Shown: piece by piece, positions 32,301 to 40,279 of the stretch
Layout: every line of letters starts with the position of its first letter
Numbering within the stretch: position 1 is the first letter of the stretch
Virus record (IMG/VR): IMGVR_UViG_3300044564_000013
Span: 1 to 40,279 of that record
Reading direction: 5' to 3' (one strand)
Source of the DNA: a virus
Length of the DNA stretch: 40,279 nucleotides
The notes under the pieces: generated by a model
The model's input: only the letters and a program-made list of their open reading frames with translations
Database searches by the model: none
What the model was told of the DNA's origin: nothing
Made by a program: the position numbers and the translations under genes

Positions 32301-33935
32301 CTGTCTGACAGCGTCCAGACGTGGGCGCAGTCGAACGAGGCAATCAGCAATGCGTGCATCGGTGCTGGCCAGGACCTGCAGCAGTTCTCGCAGGACCTCG
32401 CGGACACGGGACTCTCCACAAGCCAGCTCAAGGACATCACAAACGACGAGTGGGCGCAGATAGTGGCCGCCTACGACAGAAACAGCACCTCGATAATCGA
32501 GGCGCTGGACGGGCTTGGCATCAACATGGGTGACTCCGGAGACCGCGCCGTGCAGGCGCTCGCAGACGCGCTGCTCAGCGGACGCGATGGCGTCTCCGGT
32601 GCCGAGGCGGAGCTGATACAGGCCGCTAAGAGCGGTGACTGGGCTGGACTAGCAGCCGACATGCAGGAGAAGGGCATACACATCCCGGAGGACCTGGCGG
32701 ATGGCCTCTCCTCCAACAGCGGCGCACCTAGCGAGGCCGCGAACCAGATGCTGTCCATGGTCGCGCTGAAGCTCGCGAACGGAGACGTTGACAAGGCCGC
32801 TGAGATTCTGGGCGGTGACATCGACGCGGGCCTCGCTGAGGGCATCCAGAACGGCACGCTCTCGGAGGAGCAGGCGAGCATCCTGGGGCAGGATGTCATC
32901 GACAAGGCAAAGGAGTCACTGGACTCGCACTCGCCGTCCGTGAAGTTCGAGGAGATTGGCGCGGACGTGGACGCGGGCCTCGCCAACGGCATCGACGGCA
33001 ACTCGGAAGGCCCCGCAACCAGCGCCGCGAACCTCGGGCAGGCCGTGGTAGACGGCATCGGCGACATCGTGACAAGCCTCACCGACATCGGCTCGCAGTC
33101 CGGCTCCGGGTTCGCCAACGGCATCCTCGGCTGGTCCGGCTCGGCGCAGGAGTCAGGCGCGGCGCTCAGGCAGGGTGCCGAGGGCGGCGTGGACGGAACG
33201 GCTGGGACGCTCTCCTACGAGGGCACGAGCGCCGGTAGCCTCTTCTCCTCTGGCCTCTCCTCGTTCGTGGGGAGCGCCGCGTCCGCTGCCGGAAGGCTCT
33301 ATTCCGGCGTCGTTGGGGCAACGTCTGGCACCCCAGGCATGCTCGGCGGGTTCGGTAGCAGCGCGTCGGGGAACTTCGCGTCAGGCCTCGGGGCGAACGC
33401 GTACGCGGTCACGCAGCAGGCGAACGCAATCGCGAACAATGCGATGAGGGCAGGGAACTACGGCAACTCGTACGAGTGGGGCACGCACCTCGCTGGGAAC
33501 TTCGCCTCCGGCATCAGGGCCGGTCTCGGCTGGGTGGGAGAGGCGGCAAGCGCAATTGCGCAGAAGGCCGCGAGCATCCTTCACTTCTCGGTGCCAGACC
33601 AAGGCCCGTGGTCCGGCAGCGAGCGCGGCGGCATGACCTCCGGCCTGCACCTCGCGCAGAACATCGCCTCCGGCATGATGGCGGGCATCCCCGGCGTGGA
33701 GCGCGCGGCGCTCTCAGTCGCAGGCGCGGCCACCGTCCCGGTTCCCACGCTCGGGATGCGCGCCGTGGGGGCGTACGGCTCGAAGTACGGGGACTCCGGG
33801 CGCACCATGGGCACGGTCAACAACTGGAACCTGACCATCAACGGTGCCCAGCTCGGCAGCGCCTCACCGAGGGCGCAGCAGCTCATCGGCGAGCTGTTCG
33901 GCGAGTTCGGCCTGTCTGCTGACATGGGGGTGTAG
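29376..33935 (+). CDS. Tail tape measure protein
   Basis: 1519 aa. A TP901-type core reads IANLRKTSDL...MARFANITGM...TIVAIGNNMATTESDVSNLAQRFASAG. It also has long Ala/Gly-rich helical repeats and central TM-like segments. Confidence 0.95.
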   Translation: MGKASITIAIGALWNGQTQLDAVSNSISRMALNAAKSSESTTRSLALQGESWAGLGNQIYDAGTKVAEVGDTLTTAITVPMTKVGGYCVDQAVSFDTAIANLRKTSDLTADQLDALGDSALEASQKQPVDAATIVNIEALGAQLGVADDELESFSKTVSGLDIATNMDADTAATEMARFANITGMAEDEFSNYGSTIVAIGNNMATTESDVSNLAQRFASAGTAAGMSQADILGMSGALSSLGVKAEMGGSALSQTVNAIGVAVSNGGDDLQAFADKAGMSADEFAAAWRDDAAGTFNTLVESMGKSVASGEDVNTMLSDLGITGIRQSDVMRRLIDSTEAVTGKQSVLASALDLSRNAWEENTALQTEVDQRNESMQSRLDVLKNKVNAVAITVGTPLTEALIDAMDALQPLFQGVADAAQAFADMDEQDQRTVLSLAGVTTAAGPVLSVAGRLVQGIGNVNTMFGQSQEKAAIFGDALNTVDGSQMRVYASSGDMASRLGVAQNAAAKAAGGADKYVHAWEGMTDSAKVVRDSTEKIQDLSMQLNLLGDGSDKASAKLKGQISALEGQRDAAKDAYEKNASLVTAWSKSTTEAEKAADGIDGLTESLDRVKSGSTSTAREIESVSKSAGGIKGAASKAGDALANMESKAGQAASNIGSGLANGMKLAASSALDMAKNFAVGALQAGAVSLAIAGVTFVVGKLVDYYQKQKERSDNLAKATDGLTEATNKSIKAAQDQGVAYEGTKVSISEARDAVDKAIESQAKLADSINDGNASASAQMGQLQAAYEVIKEYANQTGLSTQEQGKLKAAVDTFNGIAGTSIDVIDAENGKLAENGDAIENVSSKLGEYVQQKLEQIRLEAYQDRLKTMYEQQAEDIQALATAQKAYNDEMDALGSKEDYVSRYIDNYKGLHTQVKLTDDELRDIAESTYDNAEAAAYANSGLEDAKSNLDSINGSISITEAAMGAAAAATDGLSDSVQTWAQSNEAISNACIGAGQDLQQFSQDLADTGLSTSQLKDITNDEWAQIVAAYDRNSTSIIEALDGLGINMGDSGDRAVQALADALLSGRDGVSGAEAELIQAAKSGDWAGLAADMQEKGIHIPEDLADGLSSNSGAPSEAANQMLSMVALKLANGDVDKAAEILGGDIDAGLAEGIQNGTLSEEQASILGQDVIDKAKESLDSHSPSVKFEEIGADVDAGLANGIDGNSEGPATSAANLGQAVVDGIGDIVTSLTDIGSQSGSGFANGILGWSGSAQESGAALRQGAEGGVDGTAGTLSYEGTSAGSLFSSGLSSFVGSAASAAGRLYSGVVGATSGTPGMLGGFGSSASGNFASGLGANAYAVTQQANAIANNAMRAGNYGNSYEWGTHLAGNFASGIRAGLGWVGEAASAIAQKAASILHFSVPDQGPWSGSERGGMTSGLHLAQNIASGMMAGIPGVERAALSVAGAATVPVPTLGMRAVGAYGSKYGDSGRTMGTVNNWNLTINGAQLGSASPRAQQLIGELFGEFGLSADMGV

Positions 33936-33938
33936 CGC

Positions 33939-36140
33939 GTGGCTGAGTCATGGGGCAACCAGATATGGACCGCGTCTGGCAACTACTGGCAGTGCGGAGT
34001 AAACGCCTGGGTCACCGCGACCGATGACGAGTACGTGTACGTGCACGTCGAGGCCAAGGTGTACTCGCGCGGACGCTTCGACGTGTACGCCAACGGCTCC
34101 GTAGGCTCCACGAACGATGACACACGCTACTGGTCAGGCTCACTCGACCAGGGCGCCGGTGCGTCCACCGTCTTCATCTCGTACGACACCTGGTATACCC
34201 GCTACTACGGCCAGGACAGGACCGTCCAGGCATGGGCCAAGTACAACGTGACAGGTGGCTACGGCAACGGCACGTCCAGCGCGAGCGTCAGCATCACCAT
34301 CCCGGCACGCCCGTATGGCACCCCGCACCCGCCAAAGGGCCTCAAGGCGGCATATGCCAGCGACACGAGGGTCGACGTTACGTGGGAGGCCGACTACACC
34401 GACTCCCAGAACGCCTATCCGTGGTCAGGCGTCATCGTCGCGCGCTCCGTCGACGGGGGCGCCTACTCCGACATCGCAACGCTCGGCTGGGACGCCCTGA
34501 ACTACGCGGACACATCCACGAGCGCGGGCCACTCATACGCCTACCAGGTGCGCTCGTACAACCCCACGGGAAGCGCCACGGCCCAGTCCGAAACCGTGTA
34601 CACCACGCCGACCGCCCCGTCGAGGGTGACTGCCAGCGCGACGGGAGCGACCAGCGTCAACGTCTCTGCGTCAGGCCAGTCGGCGTACGTCGACGGGTAC
34701 GAGGCGCAGCACCGCGTGGGTGCCTCGGGCGCGTGGGGGGACACCAAGGCCCAGGCCACGCTCCCGGTGCCTATGCCATCCTCCGCTGGTGACAACTGGT
34801 ATCGCGTCAGGGCGTACAAGGGCACCCTCTACTCCGCCTACACCGAGACGCAGAGCGCCGTCACGACCATAGCGCAGCCGCTCGCGCCGTCCGTCTCTGC
34901 GCCGACCGTCCTCCCCACCGGAGGCAGCGCTACCGTCACGTGGACCCCCAACCACCCGGACCACTCGGACCTCAAGGCGTCTCAGGTGGAGGTCACCAAG
35001 CCGGACGGGACCACGAGCACCGTCAGCGTCACCGGAAGCGCTGCCACCACAACCATCTCTTCGCTGGCCAAGGGCACGTACAGGTTCCGCGTGCGCACCA
35101 AGGGACTCTGGGCGGAGTCCAACGACGGCTACGGGGCATGGTCCGACTACTCGGTCCTCAACGTCTACGACCTTCCATCTGTCTCGCTCTCGGCACCGTC
35201 CGCGACGGTTGACAAGATGCCGATTCAGGTCGCGTGGTCCGCGTCAGACTCGACCGGGATTACCCGCCAGGTGGTGACCATCGCCGACTCCTCCGGGAAG
35301 GCGGTGCTCACCAGGGTAGTGCCGGTGGGGACAACGTCTGCCTCCATCACGCAGGACCAGTTCACGCCGACGAACGGCGCGAGCTACACCGTGACGGTTG
35401 CCGTCACCGCAGGCTCGTCGCTGTCGAAGTCGGCCAGCGCCACGTTCAGGGTCTCCTGGGCGCAGCCGAACGCGCCGGTAACGACCGTCACCGTCGACCG
35501 GAACCTGTTCGCCGTCGTGAGGGTGACTGCCGGTGACACGGGTTCGAGCGTCGCGACCACGTCAATCTCCGTAGAGCGCGTCAACGCGGACGGCAGCTCC
35601 ACGTACCTCGGCGGAGGGCTGCTGGACGGCCAGTCCATCATCGACTACCTTGCGCCGCTTAACGTCGACTACTCGTACCGCGTCACGGCGCACGCCGAGT
35701 CTGGAACCTCGGCGAGCGTGCTCGTGCGTGCCCGCGTCGAGTCGTTCGGTGACGAGGCGTACAACTTCGGCACGAACGCGAGCACGTGCGTGAGGCTCGG
35801 GTTCGACGCGAGCGTGTCAGAGGCCGTCCAGCACGGCGGCGAGACGTTCCACTTCGCCCTCGGCCCGGACACGCCGAACCTGCCGACGTTCTACCCGGAC
35901 GGCAACACAGACGTGACCGGAAGCCGCTCGTACGTGGCGTGCGGTCAGGCTGCTTACCGCAGGGTGTCCGGAATCGTGCGCGACCCGTCGGCGAGCGTCT
36001 GCTGGCTGCGCGACTTCTACGGCGGGGTGCACCGCGTCTACGCCAAGTTCACGCTCGGGTACGCGGCAGGGACGTACAACCAGTTCTCGGTGTCCGCAGA
36101 CGTGACCGAGACCGTGTGGGAGGAGCCTGTTCGTGGATAG
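33939..36140 (+). CDS. Distal tail protein (Dit-like) decorated with fibronectin-type-III repeats
   Basis: Position is directly after the tape measure gene. Repeated ~90-aa units carry FN3 hallmarks, for example VDVTWEA...YAYQVRSYNPTG and TVTWTP...YRFRVRTKG. Confidence 0.7.
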   Translation: MAESWGNQIWTASGNYWQCGVNAWVTATDDEYVYVHVEAKVYSRGRFDVYANGSVGSTNDDTRYWSGSLDQGAGASTVFISYDTWYTRYYGQDRTVQAWAKYNVTGGYGNGTSSASVSITIPARPYGTPHPPKGLKAAYASDTRVDVTWEADYTDSQNAYPWSGVIVARSVDGGAYSDIATLGWDALNYADTSTSAGHSYAYQVRSYNPTGSATAQSETVYTTPTAPSRVTASATGATSVNVSASGQSAYVDGYEAQHRVGASGAWGDTKAQATLPVPMPSSAGDNWYRVRAYKGTLYSAYTETQSAVTTIAQPLAPSVSAPTVLPTGGSATVTWTPNHPDHSDLKASQVEVTKPDGTTSTVSVTGSAATTTISSLAKGTYRFRVRTKGLWAESNDGYGAWSDYSVLNVYDLPSVSLSAPSATVDKMPIQVAWSASDSTGITRQVVTIADSSGKAVLTRVVPVGTTSASITQDQFTPTNGASYTVTVAVTAGSSLSKSASATFRVSWAQPNAPVTTVTVDRNLFAVVRVTAGDTGSSVATTSISVERVNADGSSTYLGGGLLDGQSIIDYLAPLNVDYSYRVTAHAESGTSASVLVRARVESFGDEAYNFGTNASTCVRLGFDASVSEAVQHGGETFHFALGPDTPNLPTFYPDGNTDVTGSRSYVACGQAAYRRVSGIVRDPSASVCWLRDFYGGVHRVYAKFTLGYAAGTYNQFSVSADVTETVWEEPVRG

Positions 36141-36185
36141 ACGTGTCGCGGCGGGGACCGCCGTCGAGTGCAGGGTGGAGGCGTG

Positions 36186-36700
36186 ATGGGACAGACATTC
36201 GAATTTCCCAACCTGGTCGCGGGGACGGACGCGTGGAGCGACTGGTGGGAGCCACCTAAAAAGGTCAATGCAGGCGTCTCTCTGTACACCGTCACATTCC
36301 CACGAGAGCTAGCTGCCGGAGATGTCGTGTCCGCGTCGATGGAGATGCAGTTCGACGGGCTGGTACTCGGCACCGCAGACACCGGCGAAGACTACAACCT
36401 CAGGCTGCAAGGCCGTGTAAATCGGAGCTACAAGAGTGGACTGAGAAACATAGTCCAAGGTGCGTTGCAGCCATGGAATGATGTTTTTGCTGACGGTACC
36501 TATAGCGGGACGAAATTCTTTAGTGGCACGAAAGCTGTCGAGGCCGGAGACAAGTACGTTGGAACAACCGAAGATGAGGTAGGCGTCCGCATAGACAACT
36601 GCGGTGGGGGCGCCTCCGCGTGCGTCGGCTCATGGTCACGCTCAACGGGGACGGCGTGCCGCGCGCGTGGGCGCCTGCGGAGGGGGAGGTGTGGCCGTAG
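36186..36700 (+). CDS. Tail-fibre/CBM-like protein, frame-disrupted; needs a -1 shift between 36578 and 36617
   Basis: The frame-0 tail (GASACVGSWSRSTGTACRARGRLRRGRCGRR) is not protein-like. The -1 frame reads LRVRRLMVTLNGDGVPRAWAPAEGEVWP*. This matches the C-terminus of the next gene (LYVRDLMLVEGTTPAAWAPAEGE) and stops exactly at the next ATG. Confidence 0.6.
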
Positions 36701-37189
36701 ATGAGTAGCGAGACGCAAGTGTACAACCTCGTAAGCGGCAGCGCGACAGGCACGGGATGGGCTGCGTACGGCGACGCGACGCTCCAGACGGGGGACGTCA
36801 TCTCGGTCACGACGAGCGACACGGACACTAATGACATCAACGCCATCCTGACGGCACCATTCCCGGTGACCTCGGGCAAGTCGTATACGCTTACAGCAGA
36901 CGTCAAGGCAACCGCGAATTTTGGCGCGAATGCCACCGGGATGGTCTCGCTGTCGGTTGGGATAATCTCGGTTACCGGAATCAAGCTAGCGACAGATTGG
37001 TCGCACGTCTCGGTCGAGCTGACCCCGAGCAAGGACGCAAGCGACGCGAGGGTGGCCTTCCTCGCGGCGTCGTCCGATGGCTCACCCGCATCGCTCTACG
37101 TGCGCGACTTGATGCTCGTCGAGGGCACCACGCCCGCAGCCTGGGCGCCCGCCGAGGGCGAATCGCTTGCCGGGGGGGTGCTCTCATGA
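36701..37189 (+). CDS. Tail-fibre accessory / CBM-like jelly-roll protein
   Basis: GKSYTLTADVKA...WSHVSVELTP...LYVRDLMLVEGTTPAAWAPAEGE is a C-terminal motif typical of phage fibre modules. Confidence 0.65.
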   Translation: MSSETQVYNLVSGSATGTGWAAYGDATLQTGDVISVTTSDTDTNDINAILTAPFPVTSGKSYTLTADVKATANFGANATGMVSLSVGIISVTGIKLATDWSHVSVELTPSKDASDARVAFLAASSDGSPASLYVRDLMLVEGTTPAAWAPAEGESLAGGVLS

Positions 37190-39144
37190 GCGCTAACCTC
37201 CTGGATGGCGTCACGCCAAAGCTCATGAGCGGCACGACCAAGGAAGGCGGCGTTTGGCACCACGCGGCGCGCCCCAGCGCGGACAGCCACGATGACTGGC
37301 TGGGATTCGGCATCGGAGACCAGCCTGCCCTCTCGGAGAACCAGCTGTTTCATGTCGGCATATCGGCAAGGGCCGCAAGCGCGAGCGCCGCTGCCCTGAG
37401 ACTGGCAGTCTCGTACGTGGACGCAGCAGGCAACTCCAACCGTGCCGTAAGCGACCCCATTGAGGTCGGGGCCTCGTGGGCACGCACTGACTCGGTCGTG
37501 GTTGTCCCGTCCGGCATGACGCCAACCGGACTCTACGTCGAGGCGTGGGGAGCGCTCCCCGAGACGTGGATGGCCTCGCCAACGCTCTCCTACACGACAC
37601 AGCCAGGCACGAACGTCATAGGCAACATGGGGAGCGGCGATGGGTTCGAGGTCGGAGACGGAGGAGAGGTAAGCATCCCGTCCCGCGTGTCATACTGGCC
37701 ATACTGCCAGAGGGCGCTCTCCGCAGACCGCACCATGTACGTGAGCGGCCTCGTCTCGACCGAGGGAGCTGGCGGCGGCAAGGTGACGCTGGGCGTCTCG
37801 TACAGGGACTCGGCGGGAAACACAAAGTACGCCATCGAAGAGTTCGGAGTGTCCGGGCAGTTCGCACAGGTCGGGGGCAAGGTTGTAGTGCCGTCCGGCG
37901 CGATACTCGTCGGCGCCGTTGTGATGGCGGTCGACGGCTCGCCCGTGGTGCATGTCACGAGCCTCGCGCTCTATGACGGTGACCGCACGCCCGCCGCCAA
38001 GCCGTCCCCGACGTTCGGCCCCTCTTACTGGAACCAGAGGATTGCACTCACGCGCTACCGGTTCGCGGTTGTCTCGCGTGCCTCCGGAATGGAGATTGAC
38101 CCCGACCTGCCGGTCGTGCACGGCGGCACGATAACCAGGAACGATGACACGCGAATCAAGGAGAGCGCGGAGGTCGAGCTTATGGACTCGTACGACTTCG
38201 GCCCCAACCTCGTCCGCGTGTTCCTTGACGCAGAGTGGGATGACGGCGCGACTGTGGAGGTTCCGTTGGGGACGTTCATCCCGGTGGTTCCGTCGCGCAG
38301 CGTGAGCAACGGCAGGTCGAAGCACTCGGTGAAGATGTACGGGCGCCTGCAGGAGCTGCTTGACGATAGCTTCTCTAGCCCGGTCACCGTGCCGAGCGGG
38401 ACAAACGCGGTCGCGTACGCAGCCAGCGTGTGCCGTGGCGTCGGCCTTGAGGTGATTGCGGACGCCTCGGACTACGTCACGACAAACGTGCGCATGTACG
38501 GCGTGGGCGCGGACCAGAACAACTCAGAGGTCGGCACCACGAAGCTCGACTGCGTCAACGACCTCCTCTCGCTCGCCGGGTTCCGCGCCGCGATGACGGA
38601 CGAGATGGGGCGCGTTCTCCTCAGGCGCTACCGCGACCCAGCGGACATGCCCATCGCGTGGTCGTTCGTAGAGGGGCCGAGCGCAAAGTTCGTCGGCGAG
38701 TTCGACGAGGAGCGCGACTACACGAGCGCCGCCAACCACGTGGTGGTGCGCTATGGATCACTCAAGGACGGCACCGGGAAGGTGGTTGTCGGCGAGGCGT
38801 GGGACACCGACCCCGCAAGCGACCTGTCGACGGTGAGACGCGGCAGGACAATCACGTCCGCGTACACCTACCAGGACCTGCCGGAGGGCAAGACCGACGC
38901 CGAGATGACCGCGTACGCCAACGCGAGGGCAAAGACGCTCCTCGCGACCGCACAGTCGATAATCAGGCGCGAGACGTTCACGCACGCGTACGCCCCGGTT
39001 TGCATCAACCAGGCGATAAGCATCGACTTCCCCACGGGAGGGGTCTCCGGCAGGTTCCAGGTGAGGACGCAGACGATAAGACTCGTGGGAGGGTGCCCCA
39101 TCCAGTGCGAGGCGCGCATCTTCAGGAGGAGGGTAAATGGGTGA
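37186..39144 (+). CDS. Tail-associated (Tal-like) minor structural protein with two N-terminal CBM-like repeats
   Basis: Internal duplication: LAVSYVDAAGNSNRAVSDPIEVGASWARTDSVVVVPSG compared with LGVSYRDSAGNTKYAIEEFGVSGQFAQVGGKVVVPSG. The C-terminal ~400 aa resemble siphovirus prophage-tail proteins. Confidence 0.65.
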   Translation: MSANLLDGVTPKLMSGTTKEGGVWHHAARPSADSHDDWLGFGIGDQPALSENQLFHVGISARAASASAAALRLAVSYVDAAGNSNRAVSDPIEVGASWARTDSVVVVPSGMTPTGLYVEAWGALPETWMASPTLSYTTQPGTNVIGNMGSGDGFEVGDGGEVSIPSRVSYWPYCQRALSADRTMYVSGLVSTEGAGGGKVTLGVSYRDSAGNTKYAIEEFGVSGQFAQVGGKVVVPSGAILVGAVVMAVDGSPVVHVTSLALYDGDRTPAAKPSPTFGPSYWNQRIALTRYRFAVVSRASGMEIDPDLPVVHGGTITRNDDTRIKESAEVELMDSYDFGPNLVRVFLDAEWDDGATVEVPLGTFIPVVPSRSVSNGRSKHSVKMYGRLQELLDDSFSSPVTVPSGTNAVAYAASVCRGVGLEVIADASDYVTTNVRMYGVGADQNNSEVGTTKLDCVNDLLSLAGFRAAMTDEMGRVLLRRYRDPADMPIAWSFVEGPSAKFVGEFDEERDYTSAANHVVVRYGSLKDGTGKVVVGEAWDTDPASDLSTVRRGRTITSAYTYQDLPEGKTDAEMTAYANARAKTLLATAQSIIRRETFTHAYAPVCINQAISIDFPTGGVSGRFQVRTQTIRLVGGCPIQCEARIFRRRVNG

Positions 39145-39733
39145 GTTGTCGATGGCTGAGTCCAACCAGATGCGCTCCCTTGGCCGCGACACGGCGCGCA
39201 AGGTAGCTGCGATTGCGCGCGAGGCGGCGATGGAGGTGGGGATGTCGCGCGACTTCGCCACGGTCACCAAGGTAAACCAGGACGGCACGGTGGAGGTCAA
39301 CTTCGGAAGCCCCTCGCACGAGATGTCAGTGGGCGCGGTCAGGACCACCGTGGACTGCGCCAGCGCGAACGTGGGAGACGTGGTTGTCGTGGACACGTAC
39401 GCCCACGTCCCTCTCGTGACTGGCATCGTGAGCAGCGGCGCGAACAGCCCGTGGAACTGGATTTCGGGGAAGATAGACCATTCGGTGAGCCAGTCGCTGA
39501 GGGACCCGACCAACGCCATCGCAGATGACCTGAACACCTGCGGCCCTGGCGTGTTCCAGTACAACATCGACACCGCAAACCGCCCAAACGACTACGGCAT
39601 GTGCGTCTCGTTCGTGGTGCAGGAGGGGAACTGGGTTTTCCAGCTCGCCCTGCCCACCGCTGGTGACCCTCACTGGCGGCGCAACATCAACAACGCTGGC
39701 TGGGAGGGCTGGTGGACCGCGACAACCGCGTAG
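39137..39733 (+). CDS. Tail spike/fibre tip protein: OB-like N-terminus plus a knob-like C-terminal domain
   Basis: ATVTKVNQDGTVEVNFGS...VGDVVVVDTYAHVPLVTGIV forms a gp138-like N-terminal barrel. The C-terminus is Trp-rich. The gene overlaps the upstream stop. Confidence 0.5.
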   Translation: MGELSMAESNQMRSLGRDTARKVAAIAREAAMEVGMSRDFATVTKVNQDGTVEVNFGSPSHEMSVGAVRTTVDCASANVGDVVVVDTYAHVPLVTGIVSSGANSPWNWISGKIDHSVSQSLRDPTNAIADDLNTCGPGVFQYNIDTANRPNDYGMCVSFVVQEGNWVFQLALPTAGDPHWRRNINNAGWEGWWTATTA

Positions 39734-39748
39734 GAAGGAAGCCAAACC

Positions 39749-40009
39749 ATGTACGTTCTCATCATCATCCAGACGGCCAAGGACGGCACCGTCACTCCGG
39801 CTGCGTACACGTACAAGACACTGGACGAGGCCAAGGCGGCGTACTACTCGGAGCTTGCCGCAGGGGCGTCAAGCGATGCGCTCGCGAGCGACGCGTGCCT
39901 CGTGGTCAACCAGACCGGGGGCATGGTCAAGTGCGAGTGCATCGAGCGCAAGGCCGCAGGCGCGCCTGATTCGGGTGCAGCAAGCGCGACGGAGACGGAC
40001 AGAAATTAG
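39749..40009 (+). CDS. Hypothetical protein; last rightward gene
   Basis: GGAAGGAAG RBS. 86 aa. No motif recognised. Confidence 0.55.
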   Translation: MYVLIIIQTAKDGTVTPAAYTYKTLDEAKAAYYSELAAGASSDALASDACLVVNQTGGMVKCECIERKAAGAPDSGAASATETDRN

Positions 40010-40152
40010 ATAGCTGATATCCCAAAATAGAATATCGTCGCGTCCTTATCGCGGCCATAACTCGTTGCAACACAGGTACCCACAGGTGCCCACAGACTGA
40101 ATAGTTGCACTACAGATGCCTACACTTATCCACACGCACGTACGCCGATTAT
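40010..40152. promoter_or_regulatory. Candidate attP region; continues into nt 1-88 across the circular junction
   Basis: Non-coding and downstream of int. Six phased 10-bp units lie at 40071-40140 (cacaggtacc, cacaggtgcc, cacagactga, ..., tacagatgcc, tacacttatc, cacacgcacg). The 13-bp direct repeat gtcgcgtccttat occurs at 40037-40049 and 56-68, with a third cgtcctta at 69-76. Confidence 0.45.
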
Positions 40153-40279
40153 CGGCTTTGTAAGCTGCGCACAACAAAACCGCAGGTAGGAGGCTTGCAT
40201 AGGCAAGTCGCGTCCTTATACGTCCTTAGGCGTCTAAAAATCAGCGGCGCTCCCAGCCATCGAACGCGCACGCTATCGC
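40153..40279. repeat. Second copy of the 127-nt terminal overlap; includes the 3' end of int again
   Basis: Identical to nt 1-127. Confidence 0.95.

Overview
This window is a complete temperate siphovirus-like phage or prophage genome, closed into a circle. Nucleotides 1-127 are identical to 40153-40279, so the unique length is 40152 nt. It is high-GC by eye. The host is probably an Actinomycetota species, because the phage encodes an mIHF-type integration host factor and a Tat/lipobox lipoprotein.

Gene order:
- attP-like repeat region, spanning the window junction.
- Lysogeny module on the minus strand: tyrosine integrase, lipoprotein, CI/LexA-type repressor.
- Divergent Cro-like gene.
- A roughly 650-nt non-coding island containing a tRNA/tmRNA-like T-arm and acceptor module.
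- Bro-N/KilA-C antirepressor.
- Early and recombination genes: HNH endonuclease, Xis-like HTH, Hjc-like nuclease, YqaJ exonuclease, RecT, mIHF, SSB, a second HNH, dUTPase.
- Tandem arrays of small Cys-rich paralogues.
- PP-loop/PAPS-reductase-like protein, then a DUF4373-like replication protein followed by an iteron and AT-rich origin.
- An inverted (minus-strand) five-ORF operon of unknown function, with its own divergent XRE regulator and palindromic operators.
- Packaging and head genes: terS (P27 type), terL, portal, ClpP-like protease, HK97-type capsid protein.
- Tail genes, with a holin/endolysin lysis cassette unusually embedded between the major tail protein and the tail chaperones, followed by tape measure, FN3-rich distal tail protein and CBM-like fibre cassette.

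The two most interesting items are the structured non-coding island (3032-3678) and the orphan minus-strand operon (15004-17718).

Limits: every function call rests on motif recognition by eye and on gene order. No database search or RNA folding was run.
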